Positions 36,847-49,400 of a stretch of DNA of 64,000 bases are shown here, piece by piece. Under the pieces are notes generated by a model. It saw only the letters and a program-made list of their open reading frames with translations, was not told the DNA's origin and searched no databases. Each line of letters starts with the position of its first letter. Within the stretch, counting starts at the first letter, position 1. The position numbers and the translations under genes are program-made. The DNA is from Eledone cirrhosa (lineage: Eukaryota), in the NCBI GenBank assembly GCA_964016885.1, contig OZ024740.1:58032001-58096000 (forward strand), given 5' to 3'.

Positions 36847-37639
36847 TAAGAGATAAACAAGGGCAAGAGATAATTGTAATTGTTTTCATAAAATCCCCCC
36901 CCCCAAAAAATCCCCCCCCCCCCCCCAAAAAAAAAAAGGAATTAGAATTTATATAGTTTTGAGAGTCTTTGGAAATATATTAATTTGAAATAATTTTTTT
37001 TTTTTTACTTAGTAACTTAAATATAAAAAATTATTAAATCTATTAATTACCACAGTAGTTTTTCTTTTGTTTTACATCTACCTCTTGATTTAAGATAATT
37101 TAGTTTCCACTTTATTGTAATTTTGTAATTTTATTTCATGCTGAAGTAGGATAAAAAGCACCCTTGTACTTTTCAATAGAATAGTAATTGTCTGTAGTGT
37201 GAATAGACCTGTCAGGTCTCCTTATAACATATATAAAACTATTTCTGTATTTCATCTAGTATCAATAAACTCACTGTGCGTGGAAGGCTGTTTTCATATC
37301 CACAACACAGTTACACACAGATAATTAGGCCTTTCTTTTTAAAGAAAGGTTCTCTGCTAAATACCTTGGTTGTTGCTGCAATTATATTGTATTTTAAATT
37401 ATATATATCCGTAGCTGAAGCATATATATAGCATGCACCACCCCATGAAGACAAGCTGAAGTATACAGTCAGTGAAGCCTCAAGCCCACACTGTAAAGTG
37501 GTCTTGATGGCGATACAACAAAAAGCACCCAGCCCTCCCTGTAAAGTGGTCGTGTTGGCGACACAACAAAAAGTGTCCAGTCCATGCTAGTGTGGAAAAT
37601 GGATGTTAAACAATAACAACCAAATACTTCAAATGGTTC

Positions 37640-39795
37640 ACATTCAGTTGCAGTGGTATAGGGTAAAACATAGCTTACAGTTGGACAAAGACTCACTTCT
37701 ACAAACTGGGTGGCTTTTATCCAGTGCTCAAACTCCTGGAAAGCCAAAGTTTTCTTTATATATCTTATAACTGTTCTACCTTCTCAAATTACAGCCAAAC
37801 GTTTTGGTCCCTTGCTTAAAGGATCATTACCAACTTCATGTGAAGTTTTCTATCTATCAAGATGGCTTTGAAAGTGATGCTCCCATGAGAAAGATTTTGC
37901 ATTTGCTGCCCACTTTGCACTAAACTCCACATACTTGACAAAATTCCTTTTCCCTGAAACAGTTCCTTGTTTTACAATACTCTGTTTTACAGTGTTTACA
38001 TTTATAGATAAAACTCCAATTATGATTTTAAGAACACTTAAGATATGCTCTAAATACCAGATTAATAATTGTTTCTACTTTTGGCACAAAGCCAGCAACT
38101 ACCCAGTACATTACTGGTACTTTATTTTATTGACCCCGTAAGGATGAAAGGCAAAGTTAACCTTGGCGGGATTTGAACTCAGACCGTAAAGGGACGTAAC
38201 TATGCTAGAAAGCATGGCATCCAACCCTCTACTGATACTGCCAATTATTAATAATTGTTTCTACTTTAGGCACAAGGCCAGCAATTACCCAGTGCATTAC
38301 TGGTACTTTATTTTATCGACCCCGTAAGGATGAAAGGCAAAGTTAACTTTGGCGGGATTTGAACTCAGAATGGCAAGGGCCGTAACTATGCTGGAAAGCA
38401 TGACGTCCAACCCTCTACCGACACTGCCAATCCATTATTAATAATTGTTTCTACGTTAGGCACAAGGCCAGCAAATTAGCCAGTGTATTACTGGTACTTT
38501 ATTTTATCGACCCCCGTAAGGATGAAAGCCAAAGTTAATTGTTTCTACTTTAGGCAGAAGGCCAACAATTACCCAGTGCATTACTGGTACTTTTATTTTA
38601 TCGACCCCATAAGGATGAAAGGCAAAGTCAACCTCGGCGGGATTTGAACTCAGATCGTAAAGGGACGTAACTATGCTGCAAAGCATGGCGTCCGACCCTC
38701 TACCGATACTGCCAAAGTTAATAATGAAGGTTAGTTATAAAACTAAATCTTTCCAAATTCTTGATTATTTTCAAAATTGTTTGAAAATTTTCAACAGTGT
38801 CTATCATTATAAATACGGTAAGGAAAGGGCTAAAATTTTCCTTTGCCACCCCACCAGTCTCTATTACATATGCAAAAACACTTTTGTTGTTCCAAACCTG
38901 CAAGACCATTAGCATTGACAATTTACTTTCCATTACTCTCAAACAATGTATTTTGGTCAAACTTTACTCCTTGCCAAAGTCTTCAATCTTTCTCACTCTT
39001 CAGGGATCTACTCCTACATTTAGAAATCAGCTTCAGTGAGATCTATATTCAGGAGGGGCCACCTCTTTGACTCTGCCAACTAGTGAGGTATCACTCTTCT
39101 TTCCAGCATCTCAAAGGCAATGGAAGCAGTTCCTCAAACTGAACATAAACTGCATTAATCTCATCAGTTTTGAAAGTCCTGAGCAAATCATGGACAATGA
39201 CAAGATAAATAATATCACAGAGAGACTGTCTCCTTGAAATATACCCCTGTGATATTCTATTTTATCAGTGAAAATAGAGTCCTCCTGTTTTTAACTTTAG
39301 GATAGTAGCCCAAGAAGAAGACAGCTTCTCTATGGCTCTGATAATAATGTCTGGGACTTTAGCAAGTCAGAGGGCCTCTATCAACCAAGAGTGGGGAACA
39401 TAATCAAAATCTTTCCTGTACTCCAGCCAGACTGTAGCCATATTCCTCCTAAGTTGTTGCACCTCCGACATCACAGTTTTATTGATTAGGAGTTGTTCAG
39501 CACACCCCCATACACCTTTCTTTCCAGCTGCTTGTCCATCTGTGATGATGTTATTATTTTCACAATGATCTTGGAGAAATAGGTTCAGGCAGGCTGTATA
39601 CATCTTAAACATCAGGTTCTGGCATGCAATGGGTCGGTAGCTTTTTGCCAAGTGGGTGTCTTTGTTCTTGGGGACCAGTATTGTTTGTGCTAATGTGAAC
39701 CATTTTGGTATAAGTGTATCTCCCTTGAGAACTTATTGGTAGAGGTTGATAAGATACATCCGATAGAATATCAGTTTTTTGTACCAGTAGCCAAC
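37640..39795 (-). mobile_element. decayed R4/Dong-type RT fragment interrupted by a SINE array
   Basis: ORF 39367-39651 (YRPIACQNLMFKMYT..GQAAGKKGVWGCAEQLLINK..VWLEYRKDFDYVPHSWL) plus a GIFQGDSLS-like remnant near 39225-39250. The left boundary is uncertain. Confidence 0.75.
38062..38716 (-). mobile_element. head-to-tail array of family-1 SINEs (3 full copies + 1 half)
   Basis: Units at about 38062-38244, 38245-38430, 38435-38537 (3' half) and 38538-38716; flanked by TTAATAAT on both sides. Confidence 0.92.
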
Positions 39796-39852
39796 ATCTG
39801 TATATATGCATATATGTATGTATGTATATATATGTATGTGTATGTATATGTG

Positions 39853-39883
<31 letters not shown>

Positions 39884-39982
39884 AATGGAAAAGTATGAAA
39901 CAAAATTTCATTTCTCACTTTTAGTACGGATGATACTTAAATGTAAGTATGTATGTATACGTACATACATATATGTATACAG

Positions 39983-40034
<52 letters not shown>

Positions 40035-40037
<3 letters not shown>

Positions 40038-43000
40038 ATCATCATCATCATCGTTTAACGTCCATCTTCCACGCTTATATGGGTTTGGACGGGAGTTTTC
40101 CCACTTGAGGCAAGAGTGGTTGTCTTGCTCGCATAGGACTGTCTGGCGGGTTTTCTACGGCTGGATGCCCTTCCTAACACCAACCACGTTTACAGTGTAG
40201 ACGGGGAGATTTTTACCGTGTTGCCTACATGGCTACATTACAGCATGGACTGTGTTATTTTGTCGTGACACCTACACGACCTCATTTGTTTCGGACTGGA
40301 TGTTGTGGTACCAACATAACTTTACATTGAAAGGGGTGGTGTGGATGGGGTGGGGGTAGTGGGACGGGGTGTATTTTTGTTAGAGGTGCCTACTGACTGT
40401 GGTAGGTTTCACTTTGTACTTAGGTAAGGCGGGTCTTCTATATTACTGTGTAGCGCCAAAGATCTCGGTCCAGTGACATTGTCTTGGAGAGGTGTGTGTG
40501 AGGTCGGAATTTATCAAGTTGTCCCAGGTTTTTCTGGGTCTGCCTACTCCGTGGCTACCGTCTATTTTTATTGCCCTGTACTTTTTTATACAGCTGTCAT
40601 CTTTCATGCGCATCACGTGACCGTACCAACGTAGTCTTCTATCGAGTAAACAGCATCTGATCCCTCTTATTTCTAATTTTTCCCTTAGTTCGTTTATGCT
40701 TTGCCGTTCACGTATATTACTATTACGCATCAAGCGGAGCGTGCAAGCTTTGTTCCTCTCCAGTCTGCGTATATCCTCTGCACACAATGCCCAGGTCTCA
40801 CTGCCATGTAACATTGCTGTTCGTATGCAGGCATCATACAGACTGCCTTTCATTTTTAGAGAGAACCCTTTAGCGGCTAATAGTGATATAAGCTCTCTGA
40901 ACTTTTTCCATCCAGTTCTGACTCTAGCTACTGTACTTTCAGAGCACCCTCCACCACTGCTGATTTTGTCATCCAAGTAACGGAAGGTGGTCACTATTTA
41001 TATAGAACCATCTGTGCAATGGAATGAGCTAGTATTTTGTGAGCACTTGCTGCTACTTATTGCACCAGAGCACCAGCCACATATAAAATCTATATTCTTA
41101 GTTATCTTACCTGTGATCCCACTACATCTTTTATGCACACATACTTTGCATTTGGGACATAAAATGGAGTTTCTGCCTACTCCTTTCCTACACACTGGCC
41201 ATTTCCTGGATGGGACCGGTGCCCTATTTTCCTTCCTACAAACTAGAACTTTAGTCTTAGACAGGTTAATTTTAAGGCTTTTGATTCTAGGCCATGCTTC
41301 CATGTTTGGAATTTCTTCTCTAGTTCAGCCATTGATTCAGCTATGAGCGTTAGATCATCTGCGTATAAGAGTTCCCATGAGCAGCCGGTCTTGAACTCCA
41401 CTGTTATAGCCTGAAGGGCAATAATAAATAGTAAGAACGGAGCCCTGATGAACACCAACTTTTACGCTAAACTCTTCACTATATTCGTTGTTAATTCTAA
41501 CCTTGCTGACTGTTTCTTTATACATGGCTTGTATAGCTCTCACAAGCCATTCATCAATACCTAGTTTTTTAAGAGCCCACCAGATAATGGAACGGGTGAC
41601 TCTGTCAAAGGCTTTCTCCAAGTCAACAAAAGCTAAGTATATGGGTTTACTTTTAGCTAGGTACTTCTCCTGTAGTTGCGTACAATGAAAAGAGTGTCTG
41701 TGGTACTTTTACCTGACACAAACCCGAACTGCATTTCATCTAGATCAATTCGCTCTCTGATTAGTTGCGCTATTACTTTTTCTGTGACCTTCATGACCTG
41801 GTCGATTAATTTAATGCCTCTATAGTTACCTCTATCTAGGGCATCTCCTTAACCCTTGTCGCAGTTAATGATGATGCTGCTACGCCAGTCCTTCGGAACA
41901 ACCCCATTCTCTATGACTTGGTTTACTATCCGGGTGGCCATAGTGTGTCCCACCGTTCCAGAAGCTTTCAGCATTTCAGCAACTATTTCCGAAGGCCCAG
42001 CCACCTTACCCGTTTTCATATCTTTGATTGCCTTTCTTATTATACTACCTTCGACTAACACTGCTGGTCCCTCTATTGGATCGATGTGGAGGGGACTGTC
42101 TTTCTCCCATTTATTCTCCTCATTTAGTAGCCTTTCGTAGTGACACTACCAAGTTACCTTCTTATCAGCGTCAGTGATGGCAAGTACACCATCATCATTA
42201 AGGACACACTTCTCCCCGACAATATCACGGTTTTCCTTGACACATTGCCTAGCCATCCTGAACACCTCACGTTTTTGGTCCTCGCGTTGTAGAACATGCT
42301 TGAACTTTCTTTCCTCTGCTTCGCTTCTTGCGAAGTGCACTTGTCTCTTAGCTTCCCTCCTGGCCACTTGATAGTCTTCTCTACTTCCCCCATCCCGCCA
42401 TACTTTCCAAGCCTGCTTTTTGTCCTTAATTGACTCTTCCACCTTACTGTTCCACCACCACGATACTCTCCTCCTGCCTATAGGCCTGCTCCAGCCACAG
42501 ACTTCATCTGCCGCCATCAGCAGGTTTGCTTTCAGGAATTCCCACTGTTCCTCTATATTGTACGACTCTAATTGCTCTTCCTTATTGTCGAAAGCATCAA
42601 GTAATATGCTTTTAAATTTATTACTTGTTGTGGGGTCCTTTAGCTTCCATATTTTTCTCCTGTGGATAGTCCTCTTCCGTTGTCGAGTACGTCTTGTCCT
42701 GACTACGAGGTCGCTAATTATGAGTATGTTGAGAGGTGCATTCTTAATGGGGGAGGGATTTAGTGTCTACAACAGACACTCTGTCACGTCTTCTGGTAAG
42801 GATATAATCTAACTGGCTGGTATGTTCCCCTGATCTGTAGGTGAGCAAGTGATTGTCTCGTTTTTTGAAGTTAGTGTTACAGATAGTTAGGTTATTTGCG
42901 TCACAGAATTCCAGGATTCTGGAGCCTACCTCATTTCTAATACCAAACCCATAGCCTCCATGGATTCCGTCATAGCCGTCACAATGTTGACCAACGTGGC

Positions 43001-44221
43001 CATTTAGGTCGCCAGCAATAATTATATAGTCACTGTCGGTTATTTGGGAGGTAGTGAGCATCAGTGTTTCATAGAATCTGTCTTTTATAGCGCCAGGCAG
43101 TCCGGATTGGGGTGCGTACGCAGATATTACTGTCACAGTAGTTCTATTTAGAACAAGTCTTATTTTAATTATTCTGTCGTTCACTCTATTTACGTCTATT
43201 ATCTTATCCACCCATTTTTCTGCTAACATGATTCCTACCCCACCCAGCCCATTGTCATTTCCCACCCAGAAAAGCTTATAGCATCGTTTTTTACCCACAA
43301 TGAATCTAGCAGACCCGCCCCTCAACCTGGTCTCTTGGATACAACAAACATCAACCTTCTTACGTTCAAGCATTTCTACAACCTCGTTTGAGCGACCTTT
43401 TAAGGTGCCTACATTCATGGTACCAACTCTGAAGTTTTGGATTGCGTTTGGTGGGGTGAGGGGGATGGGGTTGGGGTTATGTTGGCCATGCGCGGCCGAA
43501 ACAAAGAGGAGGAGTCCTTGCCCTTTCGTCCGGCAGCATGAGGTGAATTTGTCATTATCTTTGGCATTGTCTCTGAGTGTCCAGATTCTCCAGAATTCCT
43601 TAGTCAATCCATCATATCGAAAAGCAACCAGAAGTGATAGCATAGGCCGCTGACTTATGATTGGTCCAAATAATAATGGTGGAGAGTGGGGGTGGGCAGG
43701 AGGGGTTTAAATAAAGCATATAACAGTAACAAGCGATATACTGGGATTTTAAAATACACAAGATTATTTAGAACAGCCAGACAGAATTATAGAATAGCAT
43801 TGAGAAAGTAGGATTGGATTCTGGGCGATTATACAGATATATGGATGAATGAACCGAAGGGTGGGGAGACAAGAAGAAAATGTTATTTTTACATTACATT
43901 TCGTAGAAGTGGACTGACCATTAATAAGAGTTGACAAATTCTGAGATTCGTACCTCGTAACAGGTTTATTTATATTTGGTCCGAGTAGGGTGTGAGAGAG
44001 AGAGAGAGAGACCAGACAGGCACGTATGTGATAAAGAGGGGGGGGGGGGTGACAGAGATTTAGAGGGACTAGGGAGGCCATTTTTATGAATCCTGGAAAA
44101 TTTCGGCCAAAATTAAGATTAAGCGAGGAGAAGTTTTTAAATAAAGCATATAACAGTAACAAGCGATATACTGGGATTTTAAAATACACAAGATTATTTA
44201 GAACAGCCAGACAGAATTATA
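40035..44221 (-). mobile_element. near full-length RTE-clade LINE, subfamily A
   Basis: (GAT)n tail at 40035, 3' UTR, RT/APE coding region, and 5' UTR with an 86-bp direct repeat. Inserted in a (TA)n tract. Confidence 0.93.
40420..43643 (-). pseudogene. disrupted APE-RT(PHD) ORF of RTE-A
   Basis: ORF pieces with GTMNVG, CCIQETR, AGDLNGH, LEKAFDRV, GVHQGS, YADD, the PHD and LHGSETW; several frameshifts. Confidence 0.92.
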
Positions 44222-45354
44222 TACATACATGCACACATATATATATGTACGTATGGGTTTACCGAACATTTATTATAATGTTTGGTTTGTAAACAAACAA
44301 ATAGCCCGAATTACGCTGTACAGTGTTCAGGCAACCATCGTCGCCTTTTTGTTCAACACTGACACAGGAATGATGTACTAGTTTCAAGCTTATTAGCTAT
44401 CGTCAGCATCGTATACCTTCCTGCCAGATGATTGAACGTCTGAAAGTATATACTTTCCTTATGCATATTAAAAGCTGAGCAGCCTAATTTGCATATCGAG
44501 TGAGTTAGTCGGCCGGGTGCACTGAAAACGTTAAATGGAAAAGAATGAAACGAAATTTCATTTCTCACTCTTAGTACGGTACTTACTTAAATGTAAGTAT
44601 GTATGTATACGTATATACATATATGTATACAGACGTACAGTAGTATGTATATATATACATACATGCACATATATATATATGTACATATGGGTTTACCGAT
44701 ATGCAAATTAGGCTGCTCAGCCGTTAATATGCATAAGGAAAGTATATACTTTCAGACGTTCAATCATCTGGCAAGAAGGTATACGTTGCTGATGATAGCT
44801 AATAAGCTTGAAACTAGTACATCGTTCCTGTGTCAGTGTTGAACAAAAAGGCGACGATGGTTGCCTGAACACTGTACGGCGTAATTTGGGCTGTTTGTTT
44901 GTTTACAAACGAACAAACCGAACATTATAATAAATGTTCGGTAAACCTATACGTACATATATATATGTGTGCATGTATGTATATATATATATATACATAC
45001 TGCTGTACGTCTGTATACATATATGTATGTACGTATACATACATACTTACATTTATATATATATGTAAATCATATATATATATATATATGATTATGTCAT
45101 TTATTTTGTCTGACCTATTTAGCTTGACTCGTTTTTTGGTTTAGGTGGTTAATGGCTTCTTGACCACCTTCTCAGTTAGTATGGCCTTTATAACCTATGT
45201 ATGGTCTTTTTTAGCCGATGGCTGTGCTTGCCAGCATGACTCGGAATTTGCGTTATGTTTCGCTTTTTCTACCCGCCGAAATGCGATTCTCGCTGAATTT
45301 ATACTTGTATATATATATATATATACATTATTGCTCAAAGAAACACATCTCTCA

Positions 45355-45673
45355 GACCGGGTGATGTGTTGTTTCCTTGAACAAGACACTTTATTTCACA
45401 TTGCTCCAGTTTACTCAGCTGTAAAAATGAGATAATAGGACTGGGGTCCCTATCATTCCACTGCAAAATGGTTGTGGAGGTGCCACAGCAAAAAAGCACC
45501 CAGCCCACACTGTAAAGTGGACGTGTAGGCGCTACGGAAAAAAAGCACCCAGCACTCATTGTAAATGAGGTTGGTGTTAGGAAGGGCATCCAGCTATAGA
45601 GATCAAGCCAGAATCAGTTCCCGTCCCACCCTTGCAAGCAAGGAAAAGCGGACGTAAAATCATGATGATGATG
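45355..45673 (+). mobile_element. SINE core joined to an RTE-B-type 3' tail
   Basis: CCTTGAACAAGACACTTTATTTCACATTGCTCCAGT core, then AAAAAGCACCCAG repeats, AGGAAGGGCATCCAGCT and a (GAT)n tail. Confidence 0.65.
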
Positions 45674-45974
45674 AATTAACATAAGAACATATTAATTAAT
45701 TCCATTTAATTAAACTGATTAAGTTGAAATGTTATGTATCTTACGACAATACAAGAATAAATGTAGACAATGGTGTAAATATTTAATTTGACATTTAAAT
45801 GAGTATTTAAATGTCAAATTAAACATGAATGTTTATCTTTACCTTATCTTGCTAAAAGAACATACTGTTTCAGAAAGATTACGCAAATAATGTCGCTCAT
45901 TTTATTAATTTAAAATTAAATCAATTATGAAAGTCTAGATTTATAAAAAAATTATCACCATTGTATATCTTGTT

Positions 45975-46700
45975 CACCCACTTATTCATGGGCATGTTGT
46001 AGGGGCAGAGTCCTCAAACACTCCTTCCAGTGGGTCCTGTCAGAAGCAACTGTTTCCAATTGATCTGGCTGGATCTCTGAGTGTGACCAGCTGAGCTCAT
46101 GGATGTTATCCAACTATCTTGCTCGGGGTCTACCCCTGTGTCTCCTGCCGGTTAGTTTTACCCATAAAATCTGTCAAACAATTTTTTTTTTCTGAGACGT
46201 TCTAACCAGATGCCTGTAGTGTCAGAGCTGCGATCTCTCAATTAGGTAAAGTAGTGGTTCTATCTGGAGTGATTATCTGATCTCCAAGCTACACACTCTA
46301 TTGAGTAACATTACTTCAAAGACCCTTTGGAGGAACATTATTTCGGCCACTTGTATTCGCGATTGTATTCTATTGCTCATTACCTAAGATTTATGATCAC
46401 AGGTGAGGGTTGGTATGAATATGGAATTAAAGATAGTGAGTTAGGCTTTTACACCTACTGTTCTTTTTCTGATTACCAAATGCTGAAGCTGGCACATTAC
46501 TGCACCAGCTCCTGTAATTCTTGTACTTAATTCAGCCTCCTGCCTGCCATCATTCGTGAATTTATCCACCTGCTTCTGTGGAACTCCACTCACACATAGA
46601 GTGCACTGCGCAGGTTTATTTGAGAGGACGAGTGTCTGACATTGCAGCACTGATTTTCATTCCAGTCATGCAGAACTCTGCATCAAACCTATCAAATGCA
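45975..46700 (-). mobile_element. 3' part of an Expander/Rex3-like RTE LINE
   Basis: Minus-strand translation GRRHRGRPRAR*LDNIHELSWSHSEIQPDQLETVASDRTHWKECLRTLP. Confidence 0.7.
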
Positions 46701-48468
46701 TGTAATGAGATAATTTAACATTTTCATATTATAAAAAGTCTTTAAAAAGTTAACCTCTTTATTTTAATTATTCATGTCACTATACTATTCATGGAAAAGC
46801 TATACCTGCCTTTAACAAAAACAAAAAAAGACACAGTAATTTGCTATGAGATGGCGGTAATATATTATGTCTTGTGCAAAGTGTTTTGTATCTATCTTTT
46901 CCTAATCAAAAATATTAGAAATAAAACAAAATTCTATTGTCTCTGGAATCTGTTTCTCTAGATTAGTGATTCCTAACCCTTTCTCTGCCATTTACTCTCT
47001 TGATTAATGTATTTTGCTATTTATCCCTTTACTCACAAATTAAAATATAGACTAAACAATAGAGTATATAGCAAACATCACAATTTGTTCCACTTTTATT
47101 ATATCCACATTTGCCATTTTGTAATATATCTATGATCCCTCTCAGCAAAAAGATATGTAATTTAAGATATGCTTCAATAAGCTTTGTATAATATATAACA
47201 CATGATCAGATAGATATATTTATGACCAGTCATGTAAATGTTTACCCCCACAGAGTAAATTTACATCTAGTTGAGAAACACTGCTCTAAATAGATTATAT
47301 CCATTTTCCAGAATAGTGCCATTTGTTATAAATTCTATATAGCTTGGTGGAACAAAATGAAGTGTCATTTTTAAATCATTCCTTACTAAATAAAAGGAAG
47401 ATTATGCATACACTGGGGTAGATTAATAACATGCTATTATTTGTGTTTGAGTAAAACAGAGGCTAAAAATATTTCTAACATTATTGTAATGTAGTATTGA
47501 ATACATGAATATAAAAAGTAATATATAGCCTAAGGAGTGAACAAGACTCTGTTGAGAACTACATGAGAAATATTTTAGTTTTCTAAAATATATGGTATTA
47601 ACATTTTTTGTTGTTAAAACTAACTAAATTGTTAGCTCTTTACTGGAAATACAGTGAAGAACTTCAAAGATCAATGAGGAGATTGTGAGGTTTGCATTTG
47701 AAGTGGTTGGACAGTGTAGAATTAAAGGAACATTTGTAAGTTGTCAACTGCATGAGTGTAATGCTGAGCCTGGCAGGAGGGGAGACAGCATAGATGGAGT
47801 GAGAAGATAAATGCATTAGGTGGGCTTCAGAGTGAAGGTAATATACAATTAGCTAGCTTTGAGGTGTAGGGGCTGTTACTGTCGAAAAAAAGTAGTGTGA
47901 TGAGATAGTACATTTATATATATATAGGCTAAAAGTAAAAGTGTATTTGTAAATGACCCTTTGCGAATAGGATGGCTTTCTTTTGGATGTAATTTAGGAT
48001 ATCTATGTGCTTAGCAGCAGTACTATCATAGATATAGGGAACAATATTCCATTGAGTCTCACTTGGGTTTTATAGAGAGTCAGAAACTGTTCAGAGTAGA
48101 AGTATTTTCCTATCTTAAAGAGGGAGGCTGGTTTGTGGGATGCATCTTTTCCCTATATTATGAATATGAGATTGCCAGGAAAGATCATTAGTGGTTGGGA
48201 AATGTAGCATTTGGAGTCATGTAAGGGTTTTGTGTGTTGTCGAAGACTAGAGAGGGTGATGTACAAGATTGTTTCCTGTTGAAGATCAGTGATTGTGTCT
48301 TTATGCTGTTGAAGGAGATCAGATTGAATTCCCTGTTCATAGAGGCAATAGAGGTTTGATTTAGAGTGTCTAGATGTTATGCTTGTGAGCAACAGGGTAA
48401 AGAAGAGTGACGATTAGCACCATTTGTATAGGCGTTGATATTATAAGTGGCTGTAAGTAGGTCATTAA

Positions 48469-48676
48469 CCCTTTAGTATTCACATTACTCTATATATACT
48501 ATTATATTTCCATGATAAATGCTTTATCTCACATAATTATCTCGCATAATATCGAATCTGAGATTTTGAAAGTACTTATTTTGAGAACAATACCTTAACA
48601 TCAGTTTGAGTGACCAGTTACAGCCAGTTTCAATAGAAAAAGGTAGAGAATTCTGGCCGGTTTGAACATTAAAGGG
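48469..48676. mobile_element. TTAA-flanked MITE (piggyBac-like), family 1
   Basis: TTAA|CCCTTTAGTATTCA...TGAACATTAAAGGG|TTAA; second copy at 60776-60996. Confidence 0.85.
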
Positions 48677-48899
48677 TTAATGTACAGGAGGAGGATGGAG
48701 GATTGGCAGAGACCTTAGAGAGTTAAACAAATGCTTAGCAGTAGTTGTTATAGGCCTTTGCTTTCTGAATTCAAATTCTGCCACAGGCAATTTTGCCTTT
48801 CATTCCTTCCAGGATTAAAAATACCAGTCAAGCACTGGGGTCAATTTAATCGATTTTCTCTTCACCCTAAAATTGCTGGCCTTGTACCTAAATTAGCAA

Positions 48900-49400
48900 T
48901 GATAAATGTACCTGAGGCAAAGTGTTAGGGAATAATCAAATCTTTAAAGTACACCAGAGTTAATAGTGTGGGTTAGCTGGAGTCTTCATAAACACAAGTT
49001 GTAATGGTTCAATCTAATAGGAATCTTTTAATCCTTTAAATGAATAAGATGGAGCTCATATGCAGCAGTTTAGATATGAGATTATCATGCTGGAATCAGT
49101 CAAAGGCTTTTCTGCTGTCAATGCAAAAACATTGTTGATTTGCTGAATTTTCAAGTACAATGGACAACTGCTGAGTGATGTAGGAGAGTAGAATCACAAT
49201 AGATCTAGCTCTACAGAATGTATACTGGTGTTCACTGATAGGTGTTTGAAAACATGCTGGCGTGTCCCTTCACCTAGAATGGCAAACACTCTGATTATAT
49301 GAGTATCATTCTTATCTCTAACACCTCAAAGCCAATGGATGCAGCTATTAAGTATCCAAGATAGAGATATATTCCTATAGAGAAAAAGGAAGGTTTCTTT
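48900..49400 (-). mobile_element. decayed CR1/Zenon-like RT fragment (probably extends across about 47.8-49.8 kb)
   Basis: Minus-strand translation ISEHQYTFCRARS..LLSYITQQLS..CIDSRKAFD*FQHDNLISKL. Confidence 0.6.

Larger units (their letters stand above)
39882..45055. repeat. TA-microsatellite-associated unit duplicated in direct then inverted form; first copy interrupted by RTE-A
   Basis: 39882-39982 matches 44532-44633. 44219-44498 is the reverse complement of about 44697-44983, and about 44588-44698 is the reverse complement of about 44939-45054. Confidence 0.85.

Noticed and set aside
36822-36937. Alternating poly-A/poly-C tracts
   Set aside because: Simple homopolymers, possibly with sequencing length errors; no associated structure.
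38062-38716. CRISPR-like appearance of regularly spaced repeats (also 3559-3737)
   Set aside because: Units are whole SINEs or spacer-less tandem repeats in eukaryotic DNA; no cas genes.
39733-40200. Tyr/Ile-rich ORFs here and at 12351, 44603, 44899 and 61669
   Set aside because: Artefacts of (TA)n/(TG)n microsatellites.
43470-43660. HDV-like ribozyme upstream of or overlapping the RTE-A ORF start
   Set aside because: GCGGCC/GGCCGC pairing exists, but I could not build the nested double pseudoknot by eye.
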